A DNA stretch of 64,000 nt from a virus. Its lineage: Duplodnaviria; Caudoviricetes. Positions 20,736-30,085 of this stretch are shown piece by piece. Made by a program: the position numbers and the translations under genes. The DNA lies in the IMG/VR virus record IMGVR_UViG_3300028186_000155; one strand, 5' to 3'. How positions within the stretch are numbered: position 1 is the stretch's first letter; every line of letters begins with the position of its first letter. The notes beneath the pieces are model-generated. The model was not told where the DNA came from. It did not search any database and worked only from the letters and a program-made list of their open reading frames with translations.

Positions 20736-21503
20736 ATGTTGGGGCGGCTTGTTCTAGCGACATTAATTTATTGGTATAGCGCAGTTATCGGGGCCACTGA
20801 ACTGTACGTGCAATCGAAAGCGATTTCGGATCTGTACGGCACGGTTTTTCTGGAAAAACTCGATGCAAAAAACGTGGTGTTTCTTGAGCGGCAAGCAAAA
20901 CCTAAAGAGGTTGAGCATGCCGTGCACGAATATGCAGCGGCGCACAAGTTCGATCACATCACAGTAATTGGCCAGCGCCAGAATCTCGAAGGCACCTACC
21001 TACCGGTGTTGACGCAATTCGAAGTGCCGCCGATTTTAAATGGAATGCCAGTCTATCTTCTCCAAGGAAAAAGTCGCCTTGAGCAAGACCGCAAAAAGCT
21101 TTTCGAGCACCTGAAGCCCGAAGAGTTTTTGGTCACAAATGACTACGATCTGCGCAAGGCCCTTGTGGCCCTGCGTTCTAAAAATCCGGGCTTCGTGGTG
21201 ATCAATGTTTTCTCGATCCTCGATGCGTGGAATGATAAAAGATCGTACAAAATGATTGAAGAAACTGTCATTGCACATCACAACCGCCACGTAGAAGTCG
21301 GGGTTTGTTATCCCGGTTTCAAAACGGCGTTAGCGGTCGGCCCAACCACCGATCCGCTGGATGTGCAGACAGTCATCGCTCAAGGGAAATCTGCGAGCGT
21401 TTGTGCAAATCTCGACCGTCTGCGTTTGCTAGATAGACTGGATCTTTATACGCAGTCGGCAGGGAAATTCTACCGTGTTAAATCTCGGACGGAACACGAT
21501 TAG
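20736..21503 (+). CDS. Exported protein, possibly periplasmic-binding-protein-like
   Basis: N-terminal signal peptide; alpha/beta pattern (HITVIG, VYLLQG, FVVINV). Confidence 0.5.
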   Translation: MLGRLVLATLIYWYSAVIGATELYVQSKAISDLYGTVFLEKLDAKNVVFLERQAKPKEVEHAVHEYAAAHKFDHITVIGQRQNLEGTYLPVLTQFEVPPILNGMPVYLLQGKSRLEQDRKKLFEHLKPEEFLVTNDYDLRKALVALRSKNPGFVVINVFSILDAWNDKRSYKMIEETVIAHHNRHVEVGVCYPGFKTALAVGPTTDPLDVQTVIAQGKSASVCANLDRLRLLDRLDLYTQSAGKFYRVKSRTEHD

Positions 21504-21759
21504 CAAGGCGCTGATTCTGGCCATTGGTGGGGTTCTGGTTTGGGCGGCATTGTCGTTCGGCTGGGACCGCATCGAACAACCTACGGTTAGAGAATCGTAT
21601 GAATGCGTCGCGAAAATCTGTAACGATTTGCCGGGTGCCGGTGAAGCGTGCACAGTTCAAAAACCAAAAATAACTAAAATAACAATCAGCGACTACGAAG
21701 GAGCTGTGACAGTACGATTTACCCCAACCACAGATAGGTGCGCCGATGGGAGCGATTGA
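21475..21759 (+). CDS. Small membrane-anchored protein with a Cys-containing exported domain
   Basis: One TM helix (ALILAIGGVLVWAALSF) and 4 Cys. Confidence 0.55.
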   Translation: MLNLGRNTISKALILAIGGVLVWAALSFGWDRIEQPTVRESYECVAKICNDLPGAGEACTVQKPKITKITISDYEGAVTVRFTPTTDRCADGSD

Positions 21760-22228
21760 CGTTCTTTACTCCAGTCCGATCCCGGTTAGCTTGGCGATTG
21801 GATTCAACCTGATATTACTGTGTGTCGGATGGTTCTACGTGCTGCCCTTGCAAGAGGAAGTGAAATCGCTACGAAAGCGAGCGGAGAATTTCGACAACAG
21901 CTACCTTCAAAGTGTTGACGCAATTAAGAAAATGCAAGACGTTCTGGACGAAATTCATGATGCTGTTCGGCATCCTGATACGCAGGCCTTAACGTCTCTG
22001 GCGGTTGTATGCGATTCGATCATGACGCAGATGAACGATATTCGTAACAATTTAGGTAAGGAAGACCCGAGGGATCGTGCCGAGCTACTGAACTTGCTTG
22101 AGTCTGTTGAACGTAATTCGGAACGTATTCTGCGCACAGTTTCTGACGTAAGCGATAAACAAAGTCAAGTTACAGGCTTAATGCTTGGATTAGGCATGCA
22201 GCGTGGCAACCCACCACGCGGCGTTTGA
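21746..22228 (+). CDS. Membrane-anchored coiled-coil protein
   Basis: N-terminal TM followed by heptad-rich helices. Confidence 0.65.
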   Translation: MGAIDVLYSSPIPVSLAIGFNLILLCVGWFYVLPLQEEVKSLRKRAENFDNSYLQSVDAIKKMQDVLDEIHDAVRHPDTQALTSLAVVCDSIMTQMNDIRNNLGKEDPRDRAELLNLLESVERNSERILRTVSDVSDKQSQVTGLMLGLGMQRGNPPRGV

Positions 22229-22235
22229 GGCTCAT

Positions 22236-23018
22236 ATGGCACCCTTCATACCCAACAACATTCGTTTTCGTTCCGTGGCCGCATATTCCCTTGAGCATTT
22301 TTACGCTGCAAAGTCGTACATGCTCAACGTGGTCATTAACGAGCAAAACCAGTTCAGCGAAGTGGCAAAGGAAACTCTGCTTCTGCTGTTCAATTCCTAC
22401 AGCAAATGGGCCACCGATGTAGAGGCCATTTTGCTGAATCGTCCGACGCTGACCCGTAAGGAAATCGACCTCACGTTAGACGCCGAGCAAGCAATTCAAT
22501 TACGCCACCGGGTAATTTTCGAACAGCATACGGACCTGTTTAATCCGAAGTTTGTCGAAGTCTGGTGGCAGGTGAATGCTCACACAAGAAAAGCGTTTCA
22601 TACGCTGATCAGAAGTGTTGAGGGGCAATCGCACCTTGAGGCCTACCCGATCATCATGTCGGCGCTAGGCTCCACCCTGCAAAACTGCATGTACGAACTT
22701 TACGAAATCGATTGTTTATTCGGTTCTGATTTCGTGGAAGATCGGTGCAGCACCAACCGCTCCAACACCAACCGCATGGTTTTGTACGTGGACAATTACG
22801 CCCTTGATTACTTTTACAAAACGGGCGTGTTCATGTGTGAAGAAAGGATTCGATACTACAACACCATTGCATGCCGCCGTCTGCCTACCCTAGTGAAAAA
22901 CCATTCCACCTGTAACCTCAGTTACTCCGGTGTAATCGAAGGGGATGAACCGCTGGCCACCCTTTTGAAAAAATGCGCGGAATACGTCGATATCATCGAT
23001 GTGGAAACGCAGCACTAA
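22236..23018 (+). CDS. Hypothetical helical protein
   Basis: SD GAGG; ATG at 22236. Confidence 0.65.
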   Translation: MAPFIPNNIRFRSVAAYSLEHFYAAKSYMLNVVINEQNQFSEVAKETLLLLFNSYSKWATDVEAILLNRPTLTRKEIDLTLDAEQAIQLRHRVIFEQHTDLFNPKFVEVWWQVNAHTRKAFHTLIRSVEGQSHLEAYPIIMSALGSTLQNCMYELYEIDCLFGSDFVEDRCSTNRSNTNRMVLYVDNYALDYFYKTGVFMCEERIRYYNTIACRRLPTLVKNHSTCNLSYSGVIEGDEPLATLLKKCAEYVDIIDVETQH

Positions 23019-23045
23019 CCAGCAAACACACAGAGGCACTAAAAC

Positions 23046-24068
23046 ATGGCACAAATCAATGGTAACTTGAGCGTCGTTGGCGAAGTCCTCGGCCTCAAAC
23101 TGGAAAAACTGGCGGCTGACCCTACCGGCGGCGGTCTGGTTGAATCTCGCGTTTGGTACAACACTGTCACCAAAGCCCTGAAACTCTACAACGGCACCGA
23201 AGCCGTTTCGATTGGCGGCGGCCTGACTCAGGAAGAATTGGAAACTGCGCTGGTTCCTTACGCGCAAACTTCCGATGTGAACACCGCCATTTCCAACGCT
23301 GTGCAGGATCTGGTTTCCGGCACCGAAATGCAGGGCGCAATCGACAACGCGCTGGCTGGCCTCGATTTCCAAGAAGACGTATTGGGTCTGGAAAGCGATT
23401 TCACCAACGTTGCCGGTCGCTACATCTACGTTGACGGCACCACTTTCGCAACCGGCGTTGCTGCCGCTGCTGGTGATATCGTGGTCGTGGACGCAGCCGG
23501 TGTGATTACCGCAAATGCCTACGACGTTTCCGACGCTGGTCCGGGCGCTCTGGTATGGAACCGCGAAACTGTCAACTTCTTCCGCTGGAACGGCACCAAC
23601 TGGGCTGAATTCGGCGGTCTGGTAGGCTTCACCGCTGGTGACGGTCTGGAAAAAGTTGGCGATGTTGTTTCGGTAAAAGCATCGAACGCTTCCATCGTTG
23701 TTGCTGCCGGTGGTATTTCGGTTGGCGACCTGTCGGCCACCTACGTGACCCCGGCTGCGCTGGCCACCGCCACCGAGAATTTCATCACTGAAACCGATAT
23801 CGAGCCGGTTGCTGCCGTCGTAAACAATCTGCAAATTCAGGTTGGTGGTTCGTACTACACCAGCACCACCGTAGCAGCTGCTGTCGAGCACACTTTCACC
23901 CACGCTATCGGCGTCCGCTGGCCGCTGGTGCAAGTGGTGGACAAGGCAACCAACAAAGTAATCATCCCTGACGAAATCGAATTCACTTCGACTACTCAGT
24001 TCGTGGTTCGCCTCGGCACCGCCATCGACGTGATCGTGACTGCATACGCGCTGCAACCCGCTGCCTAA
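23046..24068 (+). CDS. Abundant virion structural/fibre protein
   Basis: SD GAGG; strongly biased codons; RVWYNT, TAGDGL, TFTHAIG motifs typical of phage fibre/decoration proteins. Confidence 0.7.
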   Translation: MAQINGNLSVVGEVLGLKLEKLAADPTGGGLVESRVWYNTVTKALKLYNGTEAVSIGGGLTQEELETALVPYAQTSDVNTAISNAVQDLVSGTEMQGAIDNALAGLDFQEDVLGLESDFTNVAGRYIYVDGTTFATGVAAAAGDIVVVDAAGVITANAYDVSDAGPGALVWNRETVNFFRWNGTNWAEFGGLVGFTAGDGLEKVGDVVSVKASNASIVVAAGGISVGDLSATYVTPAALATATENFITETDIEPVAAVVNNLQIQVGGSYYTSTTVAAAVEHTFTHAIGVRWPLVQVVDKATNKVIIPDEIEFTSTTQFVVRLGTAIDVIVTAYALQPAA

Positions 24069-24084
24069 TCCGTAGCGTCTAGGG

Positions 24085-24112
24085 AAGGGGCTTCGGCCCC
24101 TTTTCTTTTTTC
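24085..24112 (+). terminator. Rho-independent terminator (cUUCGg tetraloop)
   Basis: AAGGGGC-TTCG-GCCCCTT-TTCTTTTTT. Confidence 0.85.
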
Positions 24113-24130
24113 AAAATCGGGGGAGATTTT

Positions 24131-24301
24131 ATGATTGTTTGGATTGACGCAAAACCTACGAAAAACGGCACCACCAAACGCCGTATGAAACGCCTTACCA
24201 AAGGAAAAATTCTGAATCGCCAAGATACTATTGACGACGAAGGTCTGACCGCTGGCCAAGGTCGTGGGCCGGAAACTCCATTCCATAAGCAGGGCCTGTG
24301 A
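24131..24301 (+). CDS. Small basic protein, 56 aa (not in the ORF track)
   Basis: SD GGGGAG; MIVWIDAKPTKNGTTKRRMKRL...HKQGL*; abuts the next ATG. Confidence 0.55.
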   Translation: MIVWIDAKPTKNGTTKRRMKRLTKGKILNRQDTIDDEGLTAGQGRGPETPFHKQGL

Positions 24302-24303
24302 CA

Positions 24304-24567
24304 ATGGAAACAATTAAAAAATGGGGCAAATGGATTATTGGTGGACTGATGTTCGTGGTTGCTTTGGCATCCGTGATATTCGCCCGCCGTCCAAAACCAG
24401 AACCCATCACCGACACTTACAAGGGCGACCGACTTGAAGAGCAAGTAACACTGGCTCCGATAGAGGAACAGCATAAACAAATTGCGGAAACTTTGAAGCC
24501 GCAACCACCTACGGTTTCGAAGGATATGCAAAGCGCGATTAACGCGTGGAAAACAGCGGGAGATTAG
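24304..24567 (+). CDS. Single-TM membrane protein (i-spanin-like candidate)
   Basis: KKWGKW then a TM and a short helical tail; lysis-cassette context. Confidence 0.5.
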   Translation: METIKKWGKWIIGGLMFVVALASVIFARRPKPEPITDTYKGDRLEEQVTLAPIEEQHKQIAETLKPQPPTVSKDMQSAINAWKTAGD

Positions 24568-24569
24568 CC

Positions 24570-25070
24570 GTGGAATTCCTGATCAAAAGCATCGAAAAGG
24601 TAATCGAAGTTCCCCTCGAAGACGCACTGGGGTATTTCTTCTGCACGCTGTGTGGCGTGCTTATCAGCTGGATTTACAAGTGCCGCCGTGAAGGCATCAA
24701 AGTGGGCAGCTACTGGCTGGAAAACGTCGGTGCTTCCATCGGCGTGATCAGCGGTGCAATTGCTGCATTTTTGCTGACCATCATCACCGAGCCGGGTGTG
24801 GGGAAAATCACCTATCTGGCAATCGGTATGGCCGCAGATTCCATGCTGAACAAACCGCCGCTGCCTCTCGCAGTGCGCACAGCAATGGAAAAGATTGAGG
24901 CCGCACAAAATGAAATGGGTTCTGGTGGTCCTAGCATTATTGTTCCTCCCGGCGTGCGGAAGCGTGACGACACAACCGCAGCCGTCGAACATGCAACTGA
25001 AAAAGTTGGAAAAAATTACGTTGCAGGCGTCCCTACCGGAAAGGCCGATTCCGACGCCGTTGGTGGTTGA
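24570..25070 (+). CDS. Putative holin (2-3 TM)
   Basis: GTG start with SD GGGAG; hydrophobic segments; adjacent to a lipoprotein and a peptidase. Confidence 0.55.
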   Translation: MEFLIKSIEKVIEVPLEDALGYFFCTLCGVLISWIYKCRREGIKVGSYWLENVGASIGVISGAIAAFLLTIITEPGVGKITYLAIGMAADSMLNKPPLPLAVRTAMEKIEAAQNEMGSGGPSIIVPPGVRKRDDTTAAVEHATEKVGKNYVAGVPTGKADSDAVGG

Positions 25071-25359
25071 CGGAAAAGATTGGGCTGGGTTTTCTGTGAC
25101 CCAGCTTGATCAGCTTAGCGATTATGCAAAACAGGCCTCGGCAAACACCAAAGGCCTGAACCTGCTGACCCAAGCGCATAACCAGACAATTGAACAATAT
25201 AATTTGATGGTAGATATTGCGAAACAGCAGGAAGCCCGCGCCAACGAGTATCAAGCCCGTTACGTGCAGGAATTTGAGGATCACCAAAGCGATAGGCGTT
25301 GGTGGCAGATTGAAAAAATCTTTTGGCAGACGTTGGCCATTGTTGGCCTAGCGCTGTAG
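24910..25359 (+). CDS. Lipoprotein, spanin-like (o-spanin or unimolecular spanin)
   Basis: MKWVLVVLALLFLPA-C lipobox; coiled coil; hydrophobic C-term IFWQTLAIVGLAL. Confidence 0.65.
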   Translation: MKWVLVVLALLFLPACGSVTTQPQPSNMQLKKLEKITLQASLPERPIPTPLVVDGKDWAGFSVTQLDQLSDYAKQASANTKGLNLLTQAHNQTIEQYNLMVDIAKQQEARANEYQARYVQEFEDHQSDRRWWQIEKIFWQTLAIVGLAL

Positions 25360-25371
25360 AGGGGAAGGGCA

Positions 25372-25815
25372 ATGCGGATTAGCGAACATTTTACCGATCT
25401 TGACGTAGGCTTCGACCTGCTGGCGCAGAAATCGAAGATCGACAACACACCGCCACGTGCCGCACTTCTGGCAGCGGAAAAGGTTGCAGAAAATATTCTG
25501 GAACCCTTGCGTGAACAGTTCGATTTTCGTATTGTTAGCTGGTATCGAAGCGCGGCCCTAGAACGGGAATATTGCAAGGGCAGTTATTACGACTGGCTGC
25601 GCGAAGCCGGGTTGCCGTTCAACGAAACCAATTGGGCACGTTATCTGGCGGACAAGCAGCACATTTTGGGCTGCGCTGTGTCGCTGATTTCCAACCAAAG
25701 CACAGCCGTTTTCGAATGGCTGCAAACCCAAACTTTCGACGTATTGCAGATGCGCGGCAATTACATCCACGTGTCGTGGGTCGAAGGTGCTAACCGTAAG
25801 ATCGTACTTAGCTAA
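25372..25815 (+). CDS. Peptidase M15A-like protein (endolysin-like)
   Basis: ISEHFT, LEPLRE, SWYRS, H..G.A, IHVS motifs. Confidence 0.7.
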   Translation: MRISEHFTDLDVGFDLLAQKSKIDNTPPRAALLAAEKVAENILEPLREQFDFRIVSWYRSAALEREYCKGSYYDWLREAGLPFNETNWARYLADKQHILGCAVSLISNQSTAVFEWLQTQTFDVLQMRGNYIHVSWVEGANRKIVLS

Positions 25816-25825
25816 GGAAAAAATC

Positions 25826-26035
25826 ATGGCCGACAAAAATCACTGGTTCCACAGCAAATCCCCAGCTGCCCAAAAAGCCTACATCGCCGCGCACCCGAAC
25901 AGCGTCTACGCCAAGCAGGCCAAGCACGCACGCGGTGACGCCCAGCGTGAGCGTAGCGCCAAGGCCCGCCGTGCTGCACACAATGCACGCATGTCCGGGC
26001 GTAAAATCGCTAAGGCCCTGAACAATCCTGAATAA
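25826..26035 (+). CDS. Small basic protein
   Basis: SD AAGGA; WF..KS...QKAYI..HPNS motif; Arg/Lys/Ala-rich. Confidence 0.65.
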   Translation: MADKNHWFHSKSPAAQKAYIAAHPNSVYAKQAKHARGDAQRERSAKARRAAHNARMSGRKIAKALNNPE

Positions 26036-26042
26036 CAGGCAC

Positions 26043-26081
26043 AAAAAAGCCCCCGGTCCATTGCGGATACGGGGGCTTTTT
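26043..26081. terminator. Bidirectional rho-independent terminator at the convergent strand switch
   Basis: AAAAAAGCCCCCG...CGGGGGCTTTTT. Confidence 0.85.
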
Positions 26082-26091
26082 CGTTTACTGG

Positions 26092-26664
26092 TTAATCAAC
26101 CCATTTGTTTCGCAACATCACAGCCAGCGATTCAGCCGTGTGATTATGTGCCGTCATGTAGGCCAACAATTTGTCGATGTTGAAACCTTTTTGCTCGCAC
26201 AAGCAATGCACCAGTGCATGGCTGCCTTGTTCCAGATATTGCAGGAACACATCATCGACCTTTTCGTCCGTACCTTCACCCGGAGCCATGAATTGTTGGC
26301 GGCGAGTCAGTTCCGAAGCTGGCAAGTATGGACGGTGAATGGCCTTGAGCAACGACATGTAGAAACGGTCGAGTTTTCCCCACATCATCAGTTCTTTATC
26401 GAGGTACACATAGGTCGGGAAAAACGACGTGATTTCCATCGCGTCAATTTTCTTGATCATGGGGCCGGTGTAAACCATGATTTGACGGCTGTTGAAAAAC
26501 TGCGCGTCATTGCCTTCACCCACATGGATACGGGCGAACGGCTCGCCAACGCACGCATGTGCAAAGCGCTGTGATCCGCTCTCGGTATAAGCTGGCCACA
26601 GTTGCAGCATGCCGTCGTTATTCAGGATGCGGTTCAACTGTTCACGACTTACAATCAATGCCAT
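26092..26664 (-). CDS. Hypothetical protein
   Basis: SD GAGGA; last gene of the - strand arm. Confidence 0.7.
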   Translation of the reverse strand: MALIVSREQLNRILNNDGMLQLWPAYTESGSQRFAHACVGEPFARIHVGEGNDAQFFNSRQIMVYTGPMIKKIDAMEITSFFPTYVYLDKELMMWGKLDRFYMSLLKAIHRPYLPASELTRRQQFMAPGEGTDEKVDDVFLQYLEQGSHALVHCLCEQKGFNIDKLLAYMTAHNHTAESLAVMLRNKWVD

Positions 26665-26673
26665 TTCTGTTCC

Positions 26674-26997
26674 TCAAAATCCCAAAAGGTTTGGTGTTTC
26701 AGATTCGACTGGTTTAGGTTTGATCAGCCGCTGTTTTTTCATGTAGCGCAGCACGTCTTCTGGATCGGGCGCCACTATTTCCACCAGCCTGCAATCTTTC
26801 ATATCGGCGGGCAACATTATCATGGTCATGCTGCCTTCACGACAAACGTATTTGACCGGGTTGCGTTGGTTGTTGAAACCAGAATCGTAGCACTGCACCC
26901 AGCGGGGTTTATCCAACGCTTCGGGGTCGGCCTTATACACCCAATAGCGTTTGCCCGGTTCACCCTTCAGCGGGTGTATAAGATCGACCTTTGCCAT
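26674..26997 (-). CDS. Hypothetical protein
   Basis: Tight packing with neighbours. Confidence 0.65.
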   Translation of the reverse strand: MAKVDLIHPLKGEPGKRYWVYKADPEALDKPRWVQCYDSGFNNQRNPVKYVCREGSMTMIMLPADMKDCRLVEIVAPDPEDVLRYMKKQRLIKPKPVESETPNLLGF

Positions 26998-27000
26998 AGC

Positions 27001-27276
27001 TTAAACGAGCCTCAGACGGGGTTTAGGGGTGCAGGTGACGACCACCATGGGCACAGGGCTATCTAGCTCTGTATACGGCTCTACGGTGGCCACAAGGCCT
27101 AGCCGCGCAGCCATGGGGCCGACTACCGGCGCGCACGTCGCCTGTACGATCCACGGGCCTAGACCATCGACCAGCATATCCGCGTACATCAGGCCAAGTT
27201 CAAAGCCCGAGCGCTGTTCATTGCTGGTGATCAGGTTTAGAAAATCCAACGGATCATTATCGATTTCATTGTCCAT
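27001..27276 (-). CDS. Hypothetical protein
   Basis: TGATG overlap with the upstream gene. Confidence 0.6.
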   Translation of the reverse strand: MDNEIDNDPLDFLNLITSNEQRSGFELGLMYADMLVDGLGPWIVQATCAPVVGPMAARLGLVATVEPYTELDSPVPMVVVTCTPKPRLRLV

Positions 27277-27959
27277 CAATCGTCGTCGCTCAGGGTCTTC
27301 ATGAGGGCCTTCCATTCGCGGAATTTCTTCATGAGTTTTTCGTCCGCTTTTTTCTCTTCCTCAAGCGCCAGCGCCAAGTCTTCAACTTTGGACGCGATGG
27401 TTTTCAGGCGAGTGGCCAAATCGGTGCCGAGGTCCATCAGTTCAGTTGCTACGCCGGACAGCAGTTCGAGGGTGTTGTCGGATTTTGCGGACATTTCAGT
27501 TTCCTTAACAGCGGACACAGGTTCGGTTTTTACAGCAGTAGTCACAACGGGTGCCACGACTTTCGGAGGGCCAGAACGATCCAGATTAATTTCTGGAATT
27601 TCCGGCTCTGGATCAGGATTGTCGAGTTTTTCTTTCAGCACCTTCCAAGCGGTAAGGTCGCCAAGCCGTGGGTTTTTCAATTCCTCTTCCTCCGCCGGTT
27701 CGCGCAGTTCGCGCACTTTCAACGGCACGCGCAAAAACGAATGGCGCGAAACCTCTTTGATCAAACCACGATCTTTCAGGCCGCCCAGTGCACCACGCAC
27801 CCTTTTGTAATCCGATTGGCTTTTGCCACCAACCAGCAGATGCCGGTGAATTTGTTCGGCGGTCCATGGATCTTGGATTGGCACCTGATCAAACACTTTT
27901 TGTTCCAGCGAATTACACCCGTTTAACAGGATGCGCTGCTTTTCCCGTGTAATGGACAT
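27276..27959 (-). CDS. Winged-helix-like N-terminal domain plus C-terminal coiled coil
   Basis: WTAEQIH...VRGALGGLKDRGLIKEV pattern. Confidence 0.55.
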   Translation of the reverse strand: MSITREKQRILLNGCNSLEQKVFDQVPIQDPWTAEQIHRHLLVGGKSQSDYKRVRGALGGLKDRGLIKEVSRHSFLRVPLKVRELREPAEEEELKNPRLGDLTAWKVLKEKLDNPDPEPEIPEINLDRSGPPKVVAPVVTTAVKTEPVSAVKETEMSAKSDNTLELLSGVATELMDLGTDLATRLKTIASKVEDLALALEEEKKADEKLMKKFREWKALMKTLSDDD

Positions 27960-27975
27960 GGTACAGCCTTGCTCC

Positions 27976-28650
27976 TTATTCCCTGTTGTATGTAGGGAGG
28001 TATTTACAGTCTTCCTCGGATACGTCCATGATCAGTGCAAAGAACGCTCGCGATACAGGCACGCCCATGCGCACGTAATCGATCAGACCGCTAGGCCATT
28101 TCCAGCCTTTGTATTCGTATTCGCCATTACCGCGATTTACTTTAGTCAACCGGCACAGGCTGCAACCACGATAGCGCTTTTCCTGCGCCAGTGTGTCTTC
28201 AACGTCGGCCAGACGATTGATAAATTCCTGCACGTCAAATTCAGGAATGTTCCAAACGACGGGCCACGGGTAATTCTCGCCTTCGCGGGCGGCGCGGTTT
28301 AGCATGTTGATACCGGCACCCACGAAGGTTGGAACGTCTTCGTGCTGGCGCCAATAACCTTCAACCTTTTCAGGGAATTTCGAATCGCCGTTTGCGTGTT
28401 GGAACGCACGGCACTGGGCGAACACGTCGATTTTCTTCTGTTTGGAAATATCCGGCGCTTCGATCAGCACGAAATCGCAACCGGCGTGATCTTCCTCGCA
28501 CACTTCGAAAATTCCGTCATATCCGGTGTACGTGAGTTGGCAAGGATAAATTCCATCGCACACGCGCACCACATCCTTTTCACCTTTTTGGTTGAACAGC
28601 CAGTAGTAGCCGGGATTCCCTTTCAGTTCATACCACTTGAGAATTTTCAC
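27976..28650 (-). CDS. Hypothetical protein with a YRGxSxCR...WPxGL domain
   Basis: RYRGCSLCR...GNGEY...WKWPSGLIDYV. Confidence 0.65.
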   Translation of the reverse strand: MKILKWYELKGNPGYYWLFNQKGEKDVVRVCDGIYPCQLTYTGYDGIFEVCEEDHAGCDFVLIEAPDISKQKKIDVFAQCRAFQHANGDSKFPEKVEGYWRQHEDVPTFVGAGINMLNRAAREGENYPWPVVWNIPEFDVQEFINRLADVEDTLAQEKRYRGCSLCRLTKVNRGNGEYEYKGWKWPSGLIDYVRMGVPVSRAFFALIMDVSEEDCKYLPTYNRE

Positions 28651-28997
28651 TGGATCAATTCCCGCTCGGTGGTCTTAATCGAATCTTTGCAGATTGCGAA
28701 ATGCGCCATATTCAACACAGCCTGCACCTTCGAAGCTTGTTCCCCCAGCACGCCGGGTGCAGCGGGGCTGGATACCTTGAACTTGCCGTCGTCCAGATAC
28801 ATGCGCACGCTGGCCAGAATTTCGTGGTCTTCTTTGCGCACAATGATGATACCGACGAATTTCTGATCCTTGCCGTCTTTATCCTGAATCGATCCACGGT
28901 TGAACTGGCCAGCACACTCGACCGGGAAAGACTGGTCAGCCAGCTTGATGATCTTTTCCAGAATTTCCTGATAACGCTCTTCGTTAGGATGTATCAT
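28647..28997 (-). CDS. Hypothetical protein
   Basis: ATGA overlap; SD GAGG. Confidence 0.6.
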   Translation of the reverse strand: MIHPNEERYQEILEKIIKLADQSFPVECAGQFNRGSIQDKDGKDQKFVGIIIVRKEDHEILASVRMYLDDGKFKVSSPAAPGVLGEQASKVQAVLNMAHFAICKDSIKTTERELIQ

Positions 28998-29323
28998 TGT
29001 ACCCTCATTATCAGTCGTTTGATTGTCTGCGCGTGGCACCGTTTGGGCCAGCAATGACAGCGCAGCAACAGATTGATTCCTTGCCTATGCATTTTGCGAT
29101 ATTTCTGCACCCGGCTCCAATACTTGCCTTTCTTACGCATTTGCTCTTCGGCCCATGCGTCGTACAGGTCACAGCTTTTTGTGCGTGATCCGGTTTCGCT
29201 GATCGGAAATTTGTTGCCGAAAATAGTTTGCCGATCAACCCTAACATCAAACCAGCCGTCGCGGGGGCCGTCACTAACCTTGCCGATCATGACAAGGCCA
29301 GTGCTTGGAAATAACCCGGCCAT
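28994..29323 (-). CDS. DUF4326-like protein
   Basis: DR.TIFGNKF...Y...LRCHCWPKRCHA motif. Confidence 0.7.
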   Translation of the reverse strand: MAGLFPSTGLVMIGKVSDGPRDGWFDVRVDRQTIFGNKFPISETGSRTKSCDLYDAWAEEQMRKKGKYWSRVQKYRKMHRQGINLLLRCHCWPKRCHAQTIKRLIMRVQ

Positions 29324-30081
29324 TAGTGGTACACGTCGAATTCCGCGAACGTGTATTCCGTGCGCCCCAACAGCTGGTCGTAAACCTCACAATCAGGCAG
29401 GTAATCCAGATGATCATCCGATTTTTCATGCACACGATTTACCGCAAATTGACGTATGCGCGTTTCCACATTCGGCTCTTTGAAAATCGAAGCCAATTCC
29501 CTGCGGTTGTGGCAAGTGTTGGACAGGTGCAGCACGCCGTCTTTTTCACCACAGCGAACGGCGTAGGTTCCCGGCTTCATGCGGCTGCTAACCGGGCCAA
29601 AGAATGCCCGCACGCTGGTGCCACAATCGGGCAGCTGACCAATTCGCACACAGTCATTGCCGCGATAATCGGTAGTCACGGTAGCCAGCACCAGATCGAC
29701 GCCCGGCGCGCTTACGCGGTAGCCCGGCAAATGGTTGGTGATGCATGACGTGTAAACCAGCTGCATTTTCGCGTGAGTTTTGAATTCTTCCAGTGCACGA
29801 TTGGCGTAATTTTCATACGACGACCAATCGGCAACAATGCGGTCCAGCGTGTGACTGATACGCTCAAGCGCATCAGCCAACTCTTCGGTTTCCGGTTGCA
29901 CAACATCGGAATAGCTGTGCACCACGAACACGCTGAAACCGCCCAAGAATTTTTCTTTGAGGAAAACCGTCATCATTGGATGCTTGAGCGTGTGGCTCAA
30001 CACATCTTCCTGCACGAATTTATGATCCGAATTAGGACCAAAAAGACGTTCGACTCTCGCCATAAATTCTTGAGCGTTCAT
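29323..30081 (-). CDS. Hypothetical protein (family with 31182-31871)
   Basis: N-term MNAQEFMARVERLFG. Confidence 0.65.
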   Translation of the reverse strand: MNAQEFMARVERLFGPNSDHKFVQEDVLSHTLKHPMMTVFLKEKFLGGFSVFVVHSYSDVVQPETEELADALERISHTLDRIVADWSSYENYANRALEEFKTHAKMQLVYTSCITNHLPGYRVSAPGVDLVLATVTTDYRGNDCVRIGQLPDCGTSVRAFFGPVSSRMKPGTYAVRCGEKDGVLHLSNTCHNRRELASIFKEPNVETRIRQFAVNRVHEKSDDHLDYLPDCEVYDQLLGRTEYTFAEFDVYH

Positions 30082-30085
30082 GTGA

